From assembly GCA_016882545.1 (NCBI GenBank), contig VGPW01000001.1:2342-66341 (forward strand): a DNA stretch of 64,000 nucleotides. Reading direction: 5' to 3'. Numbering within the stretch: the first letter of the stretch is position 1; every line of letters starts with the position of its first letter. A model generated the notes under the pieces. That model made no database searches. It was not told where the DNA came from and saw nothing but the letters and a program-made list of their open reading frames with translations. This document shows positions 34,578-45,339 of the stretch, in pieces. A program made the translations under genes and the position numbers. The DNA is from Cyanobacteria bacterium M_surface_10_m2_179. Lineage in GTDB: Bacteria; Cyanobacteriota; Cyanobacteriia; PCC-6307; Cyanobiaceae.

Positions 34578-35444
34578 TCAGGCGAGCTTGCGATCCAGCA
34601 ACGGGCGGATCAACAGGAACAGGCCCAGGGCCAGCACTGCCAGCACCCCCAGACAGCTGGCGGCACTCAACTCCCCGTAGGGAGCCTCCAGCACCACAGC
34701 CGAGAGGGAGAACTGACCGGCGTAGGCCGCCCGGATCGGTTCAATCGCGAAGGTAAGGGGATTCAGGGCTGCAAGCCAGCCCAACCAGGCCGGCATGAAG
34801 GAGATCGGAGCCAGGGCGGTGCTGGCAAACAGCAGCGGCAGGTTGGCCACGAAGATCACCGCGATCAGCTCGATGTGACCCGGTAGGGCGAAGGCCAGGC
34901 CCAGGCTCAAACCGGTCACGGCAAACACCAGCAGCAGCAGCGTCACCAGCACCAGCACCAGCCCGGCGCCTCCGGGCCAGCCGTAGCCCAGGGCCCACGC
35001 GGTGGCCATGATCGCCAGGCTCTGCACCAGGCTCAGAGCGGTGATGTAGAGCACCGAGGCCAGCACAATCGAGCTGCGGGAGCGCAACGGCGCCACCAGC
35101 AGGCGGTTGAGGAAGCCGAACTCCCGGTCAAACATCACCGGCAGGCCGGCGTTGAGGGCAGCGCTGAAGGCCGTGAACACGATCACGCCGGCGCCCAAGA
35201 AGCGGCCATAGCTCATGCCATCGGGCAGCAGCCCTTCAGGCGCATTGGCGAACAACGCTCCGAACAGCACCAGCCAGATCAGCGGCTGCAGCACACCGGC
35301 CACCAGGGTGGAGGGGCGGCGGGCCAGCTGCAGGAACAAGCGGCGCGTGAGGGCCAGGGTTTCCTGGGTGAGCTCCGCAGCAGCCGAACGCGGCTCCGGA
35401 ACGGCGGCCGAGGCATCCATCAGAGAGGGGGCTGCGCTGGTCAT
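34578..35444 (-). CDS. ABC-2 type transporter permease
   Basis: QPLIWLVLFG, DREFGFLNRLLVAPL, NPLTFAIE. Confidence 0.93.
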   Translation of the reverse strand: MTSAAPSLMDASAAVPEPRSAAAELTQETLALTRRLFLQLARRPSTLVAGVLQPLIWLVLFGALFANAPEGLLPDGMSYGRFLGAGVIVFTAFSAALNAGLPVMFDREFGFLNRLLVAPLRSRSSIVLASVLYITALSLVQSLAIMATAWALGYGWPGGAGLVLVLVTLLLLVFAVTGLSLGLAFALPGHIELIAVIFVANLPLLFASTALAPISFMPAWLGWLAALNPLTFAIEPIRAAYAGQFSLSAVVLEAPYGELSAASCLGVLAVLALGLFLLIRPLLDRKLA

Positions 35445-35496
35445 CGGGTCTCGGTGATCACAGAAGAGAACAACATCAACGGGCCTGGAGCGGTGC

Positions 35497-36525
35497 TCAA
35501 CGCATCGCCTGCTTGCGCTCAGCCTTGGCGTCACGGCTACCGGCCACCGCCAATTCAGCGTCCATCAGGGTGCGGCCCGTGGCCTGGAGGTAGACATCAT
35601 CGAGGCTGGGACGGCTCTGGGCCAGCGCGAACACCGGCAACTGAGCCTCCGCGAGCTGACGGCGGAGCTGTTCCACCACGCCGTCGTGCTCCACCACCAG
35701 GTTGAGGGAGTAGCCCTGGGCGCGGTTCACCACCACCTGGCGCACGCCGGGGCAGGCCTGCAGCAGTTGTTGCACCCTCAACGCTTCGGGTTCATCGCTG
35801 AACTCCCGCACCCGCAGGGTGACGCGATCGCCGCCCAGCGCAGCCTTCAGCTCCGCCGGCTTACCGGCGGCAATCACCCGCCCGCCCTCGATGATCGCCA
35901 GCTGATCGGCCAGGGCATCCACTTCTTCGAGGTAGTGGCTGCTGAGCAGCACCGTGGTGCCCTGATCGCGCAGTTGGCGCAGCACCTGCCAGATGGCAGC
36001 GCGGCTTTCGATATCAAGGCCAACGGTGGGCTCATCCAGCACCAACACCTGGGGGCGATGCAGCAGACCGGAGGCCAGATCCAAGCGGCGGCGCATGCCA
36101 CCGGAATAGGTGCCGCTGCGGCGATCAATCCAGTCGCCCATGCCTAGCAACTCCACCAGCTCCGCCAGGCGCTGATCGCGATCGGCGCGGGGCAGGTGAT
36201 ACAGATCGCCTTGCAGCTGAAGCAGCTCGCGACCACTGAGGATCTTGTCGAGAGCCACCTCCTGGGCCACGTAGCCCAGGCGCTGCCGCACACCGCGAGG
36301 ATTGGCCAGGGCATCCACCCCTGCCACCCGCACCACGCCGCTGCAGGGGGCCAGCAGGGTGGCCAGGATCCGCAGGGTGGTGGTTTTGCCGGCGCCATTG
36401 GGGCCGAGCAAGCCGAACAAGCTGCCAGCGGGCACGCTGAGGTTCAGCCCCTGCAGAGCATTCACGGCTTTCTCGCCCTTGCCGTAGCGCTTGCTCACCT
36501 CCCGGAGCTCGATCACATCCGCCAC
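35497..36525 (-). CDS. ABC transporter ATP-binding protein (DrrA-like)
   Basis: GPNGAGKTT, YSGGMRRR, LDEPTVGLD, SLDDVYL. Confidence 0.95.
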   Translation of the reverse strand: MADVIELREVSKRYGKGEKAVNALQGLNLSVPAGSLFGLLGPNGAGKTTTLRILATLLAPCSGVVRVAGVDALANPRGVRQRLGYVAQEVALDKILSGRELLQLQGDLYHLPRADRDQRLAELVELLGMGDWIDRRSGTYSGGMRRRLDLASGLLHRPQVLVLDEPTVGLDIESRAAIWQVLRQLRDQGTTVLLSSHYLEEVDALADQLAIIEGGRVIAAGKPAELKAALGGDRVTLRVREFSDEPEALRVQQLLQACPGVRQVVVNRAQGYSLNLVVEHDGVVEQLRRQLAEAQLPVFALAQSRPSLDDVYLQATGRTLMDAELAVAGSRDAKAERKQAMR

Positions 36526-36560
36526 CCGCTCAGGCTCCGCACAGCCAATGGCCTTGTAAT

Positions 36561-37544
36561 CTAGAAAAGCCCGGCAATGGCCAGCAGCTCCAGGCCCTGG
36601 CTGCTGAAATCAGCCCCAGCCGGCAACCGCGCGATCAACAGCAGCAGGCAGATCCCGAACAGATAGAGGATCGACCAGCGAAACAAGCCACGGGCGCGCT
36701 GCACGTCGTCGGGATCGCGGTTGAGGCGCCAGGCCATCTGGATCAAACGGGCGTTAAACGGAAGCAGCAGCAGGCCATAGAGGAGCCCGCCGCTGGGCAG
36801 CGCCCACACACCGAGCAGGCTGAGCAGCACGGTGGCGGCGGCGTAAACGCTGATGCCGCGCGCCGTGGCCGCTGTGCCCTTCACCACCGGCAGCATCGGA
36901 ATGCCAACGGCGCGGTAGTCGTCCTTCAGGAGGAGAGCCAGCGCCCAGAAGTGAGCGGGCGTCCACACCATCACCAGGGCGAAAAGCCACCAGCTGCTGA
37001 GGCCGAGGTGACCGGTGGCGGCCGCCGCTCCCACCAGGGGCGGAATGGCGCCGGCCACACCGCCGATCACGATGTTCTGGGTGGTGCGGGGCTTGAGCAG
37101 CACCGTGTAGAGCAGCACATAGCTGCACAGCCCCAGCAGGGCCAGGCTGGCCGCCAGACAGTTAACGCCGCCCACCAGCAGGGTGGCAGCGCTCAGGCCG
37201 AGGGCCACGGCGATTGCGAAGGCCGTGCCCACCGAGAGGCGGCCGGAGGGCAGCGCCCGGGAGCTGGTGCGCTGCATGCGGCCATCGAGCTCCTGCTCCC
37301 ACAGGCAGTTGAGAACACCGGCAGCGGCGGCCGCCAGCGCTCCACCGCCGAGGGTGCAGGCCAGGCGCAGCGGCGGCAGCGGCCAACCTTCCGAGAGCGC
37401 CATCCCACCCAGGGTGGTGGCGAGCAGCAGGGGGATCAGCCGCGGCTTGGCGATCTCCAGCCAAGGGGGAAGCTTGATCCGGGCCCTGGAGGGCACCACC
37501 TGCTCACGGGTGAGCGGTGGGGTGACAGCAGTTGCGCTCACCAT
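36561..37544 (-). CDS. ctaB: heme o synthase
   Basis: [41 protein letters not shown]. Confidence 0.96.
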   Translation of the reverse strand: MVSATAVTPPLTREQVVPSRARIKLPPWLEIAKPRLIPLLLATTLGGMALSEGWPLPPLRLACTLGGGALAAAAAGVLNCLWEQELDGRMQRTSSRALPSGRLSVGTAFAIAVALGLSAATLLVGGVNCLAASLALLGLCSYVLLYTVLLKPRTTQNIVIGGVAGAIPPLVGAAAATGHLGLSSWWLFALVMVWTPAHFWALALLLKDDYRAVGIPMLPVVKGTAATARGISVYAAATVLLSLLGVWALPSGGLLYGLLLLPFNARLIQMAWRLNRDPDDVQRARGLFRWSILYLFGICLLLLIARLPAGADFSSQGLELLAIAGLF

Positions 37545-37545
37545 C

Positions 37546-38463
37546 TCAAGACACCTCCTGGAAGGGCCGCAGCAGGCTGCGGCTGAATAACGCTGTGAGC
37601 ACGGCCACCAGCAGCGCGGCACCGAGCTGATGGGCAACGGTGACGGCCGGCACCGCCAGGGTGAGCCGCAAACTGAACACCCCCAGGGCGATCTGGGCCA
37701 GCGCCACCGCGGCCGCCAGCGATGCCAGCAGGCGATCCGCGGGCCGCCGCCAGGCCACCAGGGCCGATCCAGCCAGCACGGCCAAGGCCAGCGACCGCGC
37801 ACCGAGCCGGTGGGCCAGTAGCCAGCTGCAGCCTTCACCGGAGCTGATGCAACGGCCCGCCGCCCACTGGGTGGCCATCAGTCCGCCGAGCAGACACTGC
37901 CCAAACGCCAGCACCAACACCAGGCCCAGCAGCCAGGGCCAGAGACGTGGCAACCAGCCATAGCGAACGGCAGGAGCCATGGCGGCAGACGATGGCTCCG
38001 CAAGCAAGGCCTGGGTGCAGGCGCTCAGCAGCGCCACCAGCAGCAAGGCCGTCACCAGATGCGCCGTCACCACGGGGAATGGCAACAGCAGCGTCACCGT
38101 TAGCGCACCCAAGCCACCTTGCACGGCCACCAGCACGAGGGCACTGGCCGACAGCAACGGCACCCAGCGGGGCAGCTCACGTCGCCACCACCACGTGGCA
38201 CCGGCCTGCACCAGCAACCCCACGCCCACCACAAAGGCGTCGAGCCGGTGAAACCACTCCAGGAACACCTGCAGATTCATCTGCTGGCCCGGCAGCAGCG
38301 AGCCGTAGCAGAGGGGCCAGTCGGGACAGGCCAAGCCCGCCTCCATCACCCGGGTGGCACCGCCAACGCCAACAAGAGCGATTAATGCCACCAGCAGATG
38401 GGCGCTCAGGGCAGCCAGGGCGCCGCGGCGACTGGTGAATGGCTGAAAGGTGATCGCCGTCAT
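37546..38463 (-). CDS. ctaA: heme a synthase
   Basis: [29 protein letters not shown]. Confidence 0.95.
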   Translation of the reverse strand: MTAITFQPFTSRRGALAALSAHLLVALIALVGVGGATRVMEAGLACPDWPLCYGSLLPGQQMNLQVFLEWFHRLDAFVVGVGLLVQAGATWWWRRELPRWVPLLSASALVLVAVQGGLGALTVTLLLPFPVVTAHLVTALLLVALLSACTQALLAEPSSAAMAPAVRYGWLPRLWPWLLGLVLVLAFGQCLLGGLMATQWAAGRCISSGEGCSWLLAHRLGARSLALAVLAGSALVAWRRPADRLLASLAAAVALAQIALGVFSLRLTLAVPAVTVAHQLGAALLVAVLTALFSRSLLRPFQEVS

Positions 38464-38649
38464 CCCGCCGCGATCGCTGCAGTTGGTCGGACGCTACTGA
38501 GATCGCCTGTACCGCACACGATTGCGTCAAAGTGCGTTGCTTTCGGTGTGCAATCCCTAACGCCCCATCGCCCAATTGCTGCGAACATCAACACCGGGAT
38601 GAACAGATCCAACGAACCTGCATAGGGTTGGCCATCCAGTGCCGCAGCC

Positions 38650-39480
38650 ATGCGGATCCCTCCCGCGATTCTCACCCTGCTGACCGGCATGGGCCTGGTT
38701 CTTGCAGGGCTATGGATCGGTCAAAACGTCAACCTTCTACCGGTTGATGCCAGCGCCAATGCGCCCGTTTACGACGAGCTGTTCAAGGTGCTGTTCAGCA
38801 TCGGCACCATCCTGTTCGTGGGCATCCTTGGCCTCTTGATCTACAGCCTGCTGCGCTTTCGCCGCAGGGCCGGCGAGCTGGGCGACGGCATCGCCATCGA
38901 AGGCAATCTGCCCCTGGAAATTCTCTGGACAGCCATCCCCGCCGTGGTGGTGCTGTTTGTGGGGATTTACAGCTACGACATCTACGACCGCATGGGCGGC
39001 ATGACACCGCTCAATGACCACAGCATGCACGGCATGCAGGCGGAGCAACGCACTTGGGGTGGCATCAGCCCGGTGTCCTTCGATGGCCAGGAAGGCCTCA
39101 CGCCGCTGCCCGTGGATGTCACCGCCATGCAGTTCGCCTTCATCTTTCACTACCCCGATTCCAACATCACCACCGGAGAACTGCATGTGCCGGTGGGGCA
39201 ACCCGTGGCCCTGCAGATGAAGGCCCTCGACGTGATCCATGCCTTCTGGGTGCCGCAGTTCCGTCTCAAACAAGATGTGATCCCGGGGCAGCCCACGCTG
39301 CTCAGCTTCACCCCCACCCGTGCCGGCTCCTATCCGATCGTCTGCGCTGAATTGTGCGGCCCGTATCACGGCGGAATGCGCTCCACCGTGATCGTGGAAG
39401 AACCCGACAGCTTCGCCGCCTGGGTGGCCAAGAACAGCCCGAATGCCTCAGTGGACACCCCTGTTGCGGTGCAGTCATGA
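38650..39480 (+). CDS. ctaC: cytochrome c oxidase subunit II
   Basis: LEILWTAIP, DVIHAFWVP, CuA motif CAELCGPYHGGM. Confidence 0.97.
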   Translation: MRIPPAILTLLTGMGLVLAGLWIGQNVNLLPVDASANAPVYDELFKVLFSIGTILFVGILGLLIYSLLRFRRRAGELGDGIAIEGNLPLEILWTAIPAVVVLFVGIYSYDIYDRMGGMTPLNDHSMHGMQAEQRTWGGISPVSFDGQEGLTPLPVDVTAMQFAFIFHYPDSNITTGELHVPVGQPVALQMKALDVIHAFWVPQFRLKQDVIPGQPTLLSFTPTRAGSYPIVCAELCGPYHGGMRSTVIVEEPDSFAAWVAKNSPNASVDTPVAVQS

Positions 39481-41144
39481 CGATCAGCCTCACCCCCTCT
39501 CCCTCCCTGCAACCCCAAGGCTGGCTGCGCTATCTGAGCTTCAGCACCGACCACAAGGTGATCGGCCTGCAGTATCTGGTGTGCGGTTTTCTATTTTATC
39601 TGATCGGTGGTGCCCTAGCCGGCGCGATCCGCACCGAACTGCTCACACCGATTTCCGATTTTCTGCCACGGGAGACCTACAACGAGGTGCTCACCTTGCA
39701 TGGCACGGTGATGATTTTCCTATGGATCGTGCCGGTGGTGAATGGCGCCTTCGGCAACTATTTGATTCCTTTTTATGTTGGCGCCCGTGACATGGCCTTC
39801 CCGCGGCTTAATGCCGTGGCCTTCTGGCTGATTCCTCCGGCTGGCCTGCTGCTGATCAGCAGCTACTTCATCACCGGCGCCGCCCAGTCGGGCTGGACGG
39901 CTTACCCACCGCTGAGCATCACCACACCCGCCACCGGCCAGATCATCTGGATCCTGAGTGTGCTGCTGCTGGGGGGCAGCTCGATCTTCGGGGGCATCAA
40001 CTTCATCGCCACCATCCTCAAGCTGCGGCGGCCGGGCCTGAAGCTGATGCAACTGCCGATGTATTGCTGGGCGATGCTCGGCACCAGCATTCTGGTGGTG
40101 CTCTCCACGCCGGTTCTGGCTGGCACCTTGGTGCTGCTCAGCTTCGACATCATTGCCCACACCGGTTTCTTCAATCCGGCCCTGGGTGGTAATGCCGTGG
40201 TGTACCAACACCTGTTCTGGTTCTATTCACACCCGGCGGTGTACATCATGGTGCTGCCGGCCTTCGGGCTGGTGAGCGAGATCCTGCCCGTGCACGCCCG
40301 GAAACCGCTGTTCGGTTACACCACCATGGTGTATTCGATCCTCGCGATTGTTTTCCTGGGCCTGATCGTGTGGGCCCACCACATGTTCACCAGCGGCACC
40401 CCGCCCTGGATGCGCCTGTTCTTCACGATCGCCACCGCCTTTATCGCCGTTCCCACCGGCATCAAATTCTTCAACTGGCTGGCCACCCTCTGGGGCGGCA
40501 AGATCAGCCTCAACACGGCGATGCTGTTCTGCTGCGGCTTCATCGTGAACTTCGTGTTCGGCGGCATCACTGGGGTGGCCCTGGCCCAGGTGCCCTTCGA
40601 CATCCACGTGCACGACACCTACTTCGTGGTGGGGCATTTCCACTACATCGTGTATGGCGGCACGGTGTTTGTGATCTTCGCCTCCATCTATCACTGGTAT
40701 CCGAAGGTCACCGGGCGGCTCTTGAACGAACCGCTCGGGCAGCTGCACTTCTGGCTCACCTTCGTGGGCTTCAACCTCTGCTTCGCGCCGCAGCACTGGC
40801 TCGGCCTCAACGGCATGCCCAGGCGCGTGGCCGAATACGACCCGCAGTTCACCCTGATCAACCAGTTCAGCAGTGCCGGTGCCTTGCTGATGGCCCTCAG
40901 CACCCTGCCCTTCCTGATCAACGTGGTGATGAGCGCCTTCAACGGCGCCCCCGCCGGCGACAACCCCTGGAACGCCCTCACCCCTGAATGGCTCACCAGC
41001 TCGCCGCCACCGGTGGAGAACTGGGTTGGTGAACCACCTCTCGTGCACGAGCCCTACGGCTACGGACAGCAACCCGGCCAGCTCAACCTCGATTCCACCA
41101 GCGGGCGTGAACTCTGGGCCGTCGGTCAATCGGAGTCGTCATGA
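39477..41144 (+). CDS. ctaD: cytochrome c oxidase subunit I (type A2)
   Basis: TDHKVIG, GWTAYPPL, WFYSHPAVY, WAHHM, HFHY, GMPRR. Confidence 0.98.
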   Translation: MTISLTPSPSLQPQGWLRYLSFSTDHKVIGLQYLVCGFLFYLIGGALAGAIRTELLTPISDFLPRETYNEVLTLHGTVMIFLWIVPVVNGAFGNYLIPFYVGARDMAFPRLNAVAFWLIPPAGLLLISSYFITGAAQSGWTAYPPLSITTPATGQIIWILSVLLLGGSSIFGGINFIATILKLRRPGLKLMQLPMYCWAMLGTSILVVLSTPVLAGTLVLLSFDIIAHTGFFNPALGGNAVVYQHLFWFYSHPAVYIMVLPAFGLVSEILPVHARKPLFGYTTMVYSILAIVFLGLIVWAHHMFTSGTPPWMRLFFTIATAFIAVPTGIKFFNWLATLWGGKISLNTAMLFCCGFIVNFVFGGITGVALAQVPFDIHVHDTYFVVGHFHYIVYGGTVFVIFASIYHWYPKVTGRLLNEPLGQLHFWLTFVGFNLCFAPQHWLGLNGMPRRVAEYDPQFTLINQFSSAGALLMALSTLPFLINVVMSAFNGAPAGDNPWNALTPEWLTSSPPPVENWVGEPPLVHEPYGYGQQPGQLNLDSTSGRELWAVGQSESS

Positions 41145-41725
41145 GCAGCATCACCACCACCGATCACAGCGAAACCGATCACGGCCACGCCGATCACCGG
41201 TTGTTCGGGTTGGCCACCTTTCTGGTTGCCGATGGGATGACCTTCGCCGGCTTCTTCGCCGCCTATCTCACCTTCCGGGCGGTGAACCCCCTACCGGACG
41301 GGCACAACTACGAACTGGAGCTGTTGCTCCCCACGATCAACACCCTGCTGCTGTTGGCCAGCAGCTTCACTTTCCACCGCGCCGGCGCCGCCCTGCGGCG
41401 CAGCGATCACGGCCTCTGCCAGCGGTGGTTGCTGGTAACCGCAGCCCTCGGTTTCAGTTTTCTGGCCGGTCAGATGAAGGAATACTTTGCGCTGCCCTTT
41501 GGCCTCACCGACAACCTCTTCGCCAGCACCTTTTACGCCATCACCGGCTTCCACGGGCTCCACGTGACCCTCGGCGGCTTGATGATCCTGATCGTGTGGT
41601 GGCAGAGCCGGAACGGCGGCCGCATCAGTGTGGACAACCAGTTTCCGCTGGAAGCAGCAGAGCTTTACTGGCACTTTGTGGATGGGATCTGGGTGATCCT
41701 CTACGGCATCCTCTATCTGCTTTAA
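41141..41725 (+). CDS. ctaE: cytochrome c oxidase subunit III
   Basis: TGFHGLHV, YWHFVDGIW. Confidence 0.97.
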   Translation: MSSITTTDHSETDHGHADHRLFGLATFLVADGMTFAGFFAAYLTFRAVNPLPDGHNYELELLLPTINTLLLLASSFTFHRAGAALRRSDHGLCQRWLLVTAALGFSFLAGQMKEYFALPFGLTDNLFASTFYAITGFHGLHVTLGGLMILIVWWQSRNGGRISVDNQFPLEAAELYWHFVDGIWVILYGILYLL

Positions 41726-41839
41726 ACAGTTTTGTTGTGATTCCACCTTGCGGTGGATCCTCAAGCATGGGCACAATCGGCCCGACAACCATCAGCCAAG
41801 CCGGTGTTCGTTGAAGAGAAGGTGAGCACGCCCGTGCAG

Positions 41840-42232
41840 ATGCTGGAAGGCAAGGCACTGCTCGACAAGGCGCGCTCCCTGAGCAATCGGCCGGAAGATC
41901 AGATCGCCAGAGCCTGTGGCTATGTGGGTCCGAGCGGGCGGGTGCTGAAGAAGAGCTTCTACCGCGCCTTGGTGGAAGCCAAGGGCTACAAGCTGCCCAG
42001 CCAGAGCGCCAGCAGCGGCGGTGGTGGTGGTAGCCGCGGCCGCCAGGCGGAATTCCGGACGCGGGTGCACGGCAACGGCAACCTGCTGATCGGCCATGCC
42101 TACACCCGCCGCATGGGCCTGGAGCCGGGCCAGGAATTCAAGATCGAGATTCACCAGGAAACCGGCTCGATCTGGCTGCTCCCCATGGGGGAGAGCAGCC
42201 ATGGCAACGCGGATCTCGATCAGGCCGGCTGA
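41840..42232 (+). CDS. AbrB-like transcriptional regulator (cyanobacterial type)
   Basis: ARACGY, FYRALVEAKG, VHGNGNLLIGHAYT..MGLEPGQEF; start may be GTG 41753. Confidence 0.88.
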   Translation: MLEGKALLDKARSLSNRPEDQIARACGYVGPSGRVLKKSFYRALVEAKGYKLPSQSASSGGGGGSRGRQAEFRTRVHGNGNLLIGHAYTRRMGLEPGQEFKIEIHQETGSIWLLPMGESSHGNADLDQAG

Positions 42233-42822
42233 GCGGGGCCGCCCCGGTCGTCGGGACCGTGGAAGGCGGCACTGAACACCAGCAGGTCGATGCCGCTGAA
42301 CAGGAAGCTGATCCCCACCAGGATGCCCAGCACGCTGAGCAGGCCGCCGGCCTTCATGGTGACGATGATCAGGCCCAGGATGAAGGTGACCACCCCATTG
42401 GCCAGACCCCAGCCCCAGCCAGCCATCTCGCGGTGGGAGAGGGTCACGATCGCCGCCACCACACCCTCCACCAGGAAGACGATGCCGATGGCAAAGGCCA
42501 GGGCCGCCACCTGAGCGGCGGCCGGCACGAGGCCGGCACTGAACTGCTGAATGATCCAGGCGCCGGTCACCACAAACAGCGTGGACACCACCAGGCGCCA
42601 GAAGCAATGCCAGCGGCTGAGGCGACGGGAGCGCACCAGACCGTTGATCCAGCCGAAGATGCCTCCCACCAGGAACGCCAACGCCACCACCACGGTGACT
42701 CAGGCGGAGGCGATCACGGGGAACAGCAACGCCAGCACCCCGAGCACCAGCAGCAGGATGCCTTCGGCGATGGTGAAGCTGCGCAGGGAGCCGAGATCCA
42801 GCTCCGGTTTGTCAGAAGCCAT
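42220..42822 (-). pseudogene. HdeD/DUF308 family membrane protein with in-frame TGA at codon 41
   Basis: ATG 42822 MASDKP...EGILLLVLGVLALLFPVIASA*VTVVVALAF... continues in frame to 42220; GWGW.L.NG, GILVGISFLFSG. Confidence 0.85.
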
Positions 42823-42883
42823 GGAGAACCGCCGCCAGGAGCGGAGAACGTCTCCCGGACGGTAGTCATGGCCACAGGGAACG

Positions 42884-43546
42884 TCAGCTCCAGCCGTGTT
42901 CCGCCAGCCAGGCGGCGCTGATCGGGGCCTCAGCCGCGGCTGTTGTCTGCCGCCAACCGAGCAGGCGTTCGGTGTATTTGGCCAGCAGATCCGCTTCCAG
43001 ATTCACCGCATCCCCGGGCCGCAAGCGATGCAGCGTGGTGGAACTCCAGGTGTGGGGGATGACCGCGATCCAAAACTCACGACCATCGCCGCTGCAATCC
43101 GCCACCGTGAGGCTGATGCCATCCACCGCCACGCTGGCCTTCTCGCACACATACCGGCCGTAGGCCGGATCGTTCCAGCGCACCACCAGGCGCCAGGAGG
43201 CCGGCTGCTGCTCCACCGCCACCACGGTGCCCTGGCCATCCACGTGACCGCTCACCAGGTGGCCGCCGAGGCGATCCGCCAGCCGCAGCGCGGGTTCGAG
43301 ATTCACCCAGCCCCGTTGATCCGCCTTGTGGGCCAGGGTGGTGCGGGCCAGGGTTTCCTCGCTCACATCGGCCGTGAAGCCGGTGGCCGAGCGCTGGGTC
43401 ACCGTGAGGCAGACGCCATCCACGGCCACGCTGTCCCCCAGCTGCAGAGCGGCCGGATCCAGCGCTGCTCCGGCTGGAATCAGCAGCTCCACACCACCGC
43501 TGCGGCGTTGCAGCTGACCCACGGCCTGCACCAGCCCCGTGAACAT
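42884..43546 (-). CDS. ribE: riboflavin synthase alpha chain
   Basis: MFTGLV, GDSVAVDGVCLT, LGGHLVSGHVD, VNLEAD. Confidence 0.97.
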   Translation of the reverse strand: MFTGLVQAVGQLQRRSGGVELLIPAGAALDPAALQLGDSVAVDGVCLTVTQRSATGFTADVSEETLARTTLAHKADQRGWVNLEPALRLADRLGGHLVSGHVDGQGTVVAVEQQPASWRLVVRWNDPAYGRYVCEKASVAVDGISLTVADCSGDGREFWIAVIPHTWSSTTLHRLRPGDAVNLEADLLAKYTERLLGWRQTTAAAEAPISAAWLAEHGWS

Positions 43547-43601
43547 GCGGTGCCCTGATCAACCCTGGCCATAATCGGGCAGAGGCGTCGGCAGGCAACC
43601 C

Positions 43602-44189
43602 ATGGTGGAGATGCGCGTGGCCGGCATCGCCCTCGACGCCGCCAGCCGCAGCCCGATCGTGCTGCTGCGGGATCCTTCGGGCCGGCGGCAGGTGCCGATC
43701 TGGATCGACCAAGCCCAAGCCCAAAACATCATGGCCGGGCTCAACGGCAAAACACCGGCGCGGCCGCTGAGCCACGACCTGATGGTCCAGCTGCTGCAGG
43801 CGGGTGGCCTGGAGCTGCAGCGGGTGATCATCCACACCATCGAAGACAGCACCTTCCGGGCGGTGCTGAAGCTGAGCCGCCGCCAGGGCGACAGCGGTGA
43901 AGCGAGCGAGGTTGCCGATCTCGATGCCCGCCCCAGCGATGCGATCGCCCTGGCCCTGCGCACCGGCAGCAGCATCTGGATGCTGGAGGAGGTGGTGGCG
44001 GATGCCTCGATCCCGGTGGACGCCGAAGCCGATGCGGAGGATGCCGCCGATTTCCGCCGCTTCCTCGATGGGATCAGCCCCGCCGAGCTGGTGCGGCACA
44101 TCAACCAGGCCCGCAGCGACGACGATCCCAACGCCGACAACACTGACGACGACGGTGCTGCTCCCGCCGCGGAGAACGGTCCTGGCTGA
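43602..44189 (+). CDS. bifunctional nuclease family protein (DUF151)
   Basis: PIWI, RPLSHDL, DARPSDAIALALR. Confidence 0.93.
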   Translation: MVEMRVAGIALDAASRSPIVLLRDPSGRRQVPIWIDQAQAQNIMAGLNGKTPARPLSHDLMVQLLQAGGLELQRVIIHTIEDSTFRAVLKLSRRQGDSGEASEVADLDARPSDAIALALRTGSSIWMLEEVVADASIPVDAEADAEDAADFRRFLDGISPAELVRHINQARSDDDPNADNTDDDGAAPAAENGPG

Positions 44190-45339
44190 ACGGCGCCCGT
44201 TCGGGCGCGGTTCGGCCGTTTCGCCCTTCTGCCTGGGCACGATGCGGGCCACCACCAGCCGGCAGCAAATGGCGGCGGTGCTGGCGGCGGCGCTGGCGGC
44301 CGGGATCAACCACATCGAAACGGCGCCGGCCTACGGCCCAGCCGAGCGCTACCTCGGTGAGGCGCTGCGGGCCACGGAAGCCCGCACCCCACACCTTCAC
44401 GCCCAGTTGGTGATCACCAGCAAGCTGCTGCCGGGCCCGGATCTGGCCGCAGGCCAGCAGCAACTGCGGGGAATCCTGGAGCGACTGGGCCTCAACCGCC
44501 TGCACAACCTGGCGGTGCACGGCCTCAACCGGCCCGAACACCTGGCCTGGGCCCTCGACGGCCCCGGCGCCGAGCTGCTGGCCTGGGCCCAGGGCGAAGG
44601 ACTGGTGGAGCAGGTGGGCTTCTCCAGCCACGGCAGCAACGCCCTGATCGAGCAGGCCCTGGCCAGCGGCCGCTTCAGCTTCTGCAGCCTGCACCTGCAC
44701 CTGTTCGATCCCAGCCGGCTGCCGCTCGCCCGCGCCGCCCTGGCCGATGGCATCGGTGTGCTGGCCATCTCCCCGGCCGATAAGGGCGGCCGCCTCTACG
44801 CCCCCTCCGCCGAACTGCTGGCCGACTGCGCCCCCTTTCATCCGCTCGAACTGGCCTACCGCTTTCTGCTCGATCAGGGGATCTCCACCCTCAGCCTGGG
44901 GGCCGCCCAGCCCTCAGATCTGGCCTGGGCCGCCGCCATCGCCGGTGAGGGATGCGGCCGGCCCAGCCCAGAAACGCCGTGGCTCAGCCAGGCGCAGCGC
45001 CAAGCCCTGCAGCAGCTGCAAGCGGCGGGGCGTGAACGGCTGGGGGCGGAGGCCTGCGGCCAGTGCCGTGCCTGCCTGCCCTGCCCCAATGCCGTGCCGA
45101 TCCCCGAGCTGCTGCGGCTGCGCAACCTGGCGGTGGGCCATGGCCTGCAGGCCTTCGCCAGCGAGCGCTACAACCTGATCGGCCGGGCCGGCCACTGGTG
45201 GGAGGAGCTCAACGCCAGCGCCTGCCAGCGCTGCGGCGACTGTCTGCCCCGCTGCCCGCTGCAGCTGCCCATCCCCGACCTGCTCGCCGACACCCACCAG
45301 CGCCTGGCGGCAGCGCCGCGGCGACGGCTCTGGGGTTAA
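44155..45339 (+). CDS. aldo/keto reductase with C-terminal 4Fe-4S dicluster
   Basis: LGTMR, GINHIETAPAYG, VGFSSHG, CGQCRACLPCP, CQRCGDCLPRCP; start uncertain. Confidence 0.9.
   Translation: MLLPPRRTVLAERRPFGRGSAVSPFCLGTMRATTSRQQMAAVLAAALAAGINHIETAPAYGPAERYLGEALRATEARTPHLHAQLVITSKLLPGPDLAAGQQQLRGILERLGLNRLHNLAVHGLNRPEHLAWALDGPGAELLAWAQGEGLVEQVGFSSHGSNALIEQALASGRFSFCSLHLHLFDPSRLPLARAALADGIGVLAISPADKGGRLYAPSAELLADCAPFHPLELAYRFLLDQGISTLSLGAAQPSDLAWAAAIAGEGCGRPSPETPWLSQAQRQALQQLQAAGRERLGAEACGQCRACLPCPNAVPIPELLRLRNLAVGHGLQAFASERYNLIGRAGHWWEELNASACQRCGDCLPRCPLQLPIPDLLADTHQRLAAAPRRRLWG

Noticed and set aside
41736-41760. TGTGA CRP-like half-site and TCCACC-TTGC-GGTGGA hairpin after ctaE
   Set aside because: Second half-site absent and no U-tract; function cannot be assigned
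42862-42875. GTA-N8-CAC upstream of the HdeD-like gene
   Set aside because: One-mismatch NtcA-like site, too weak without conservation data
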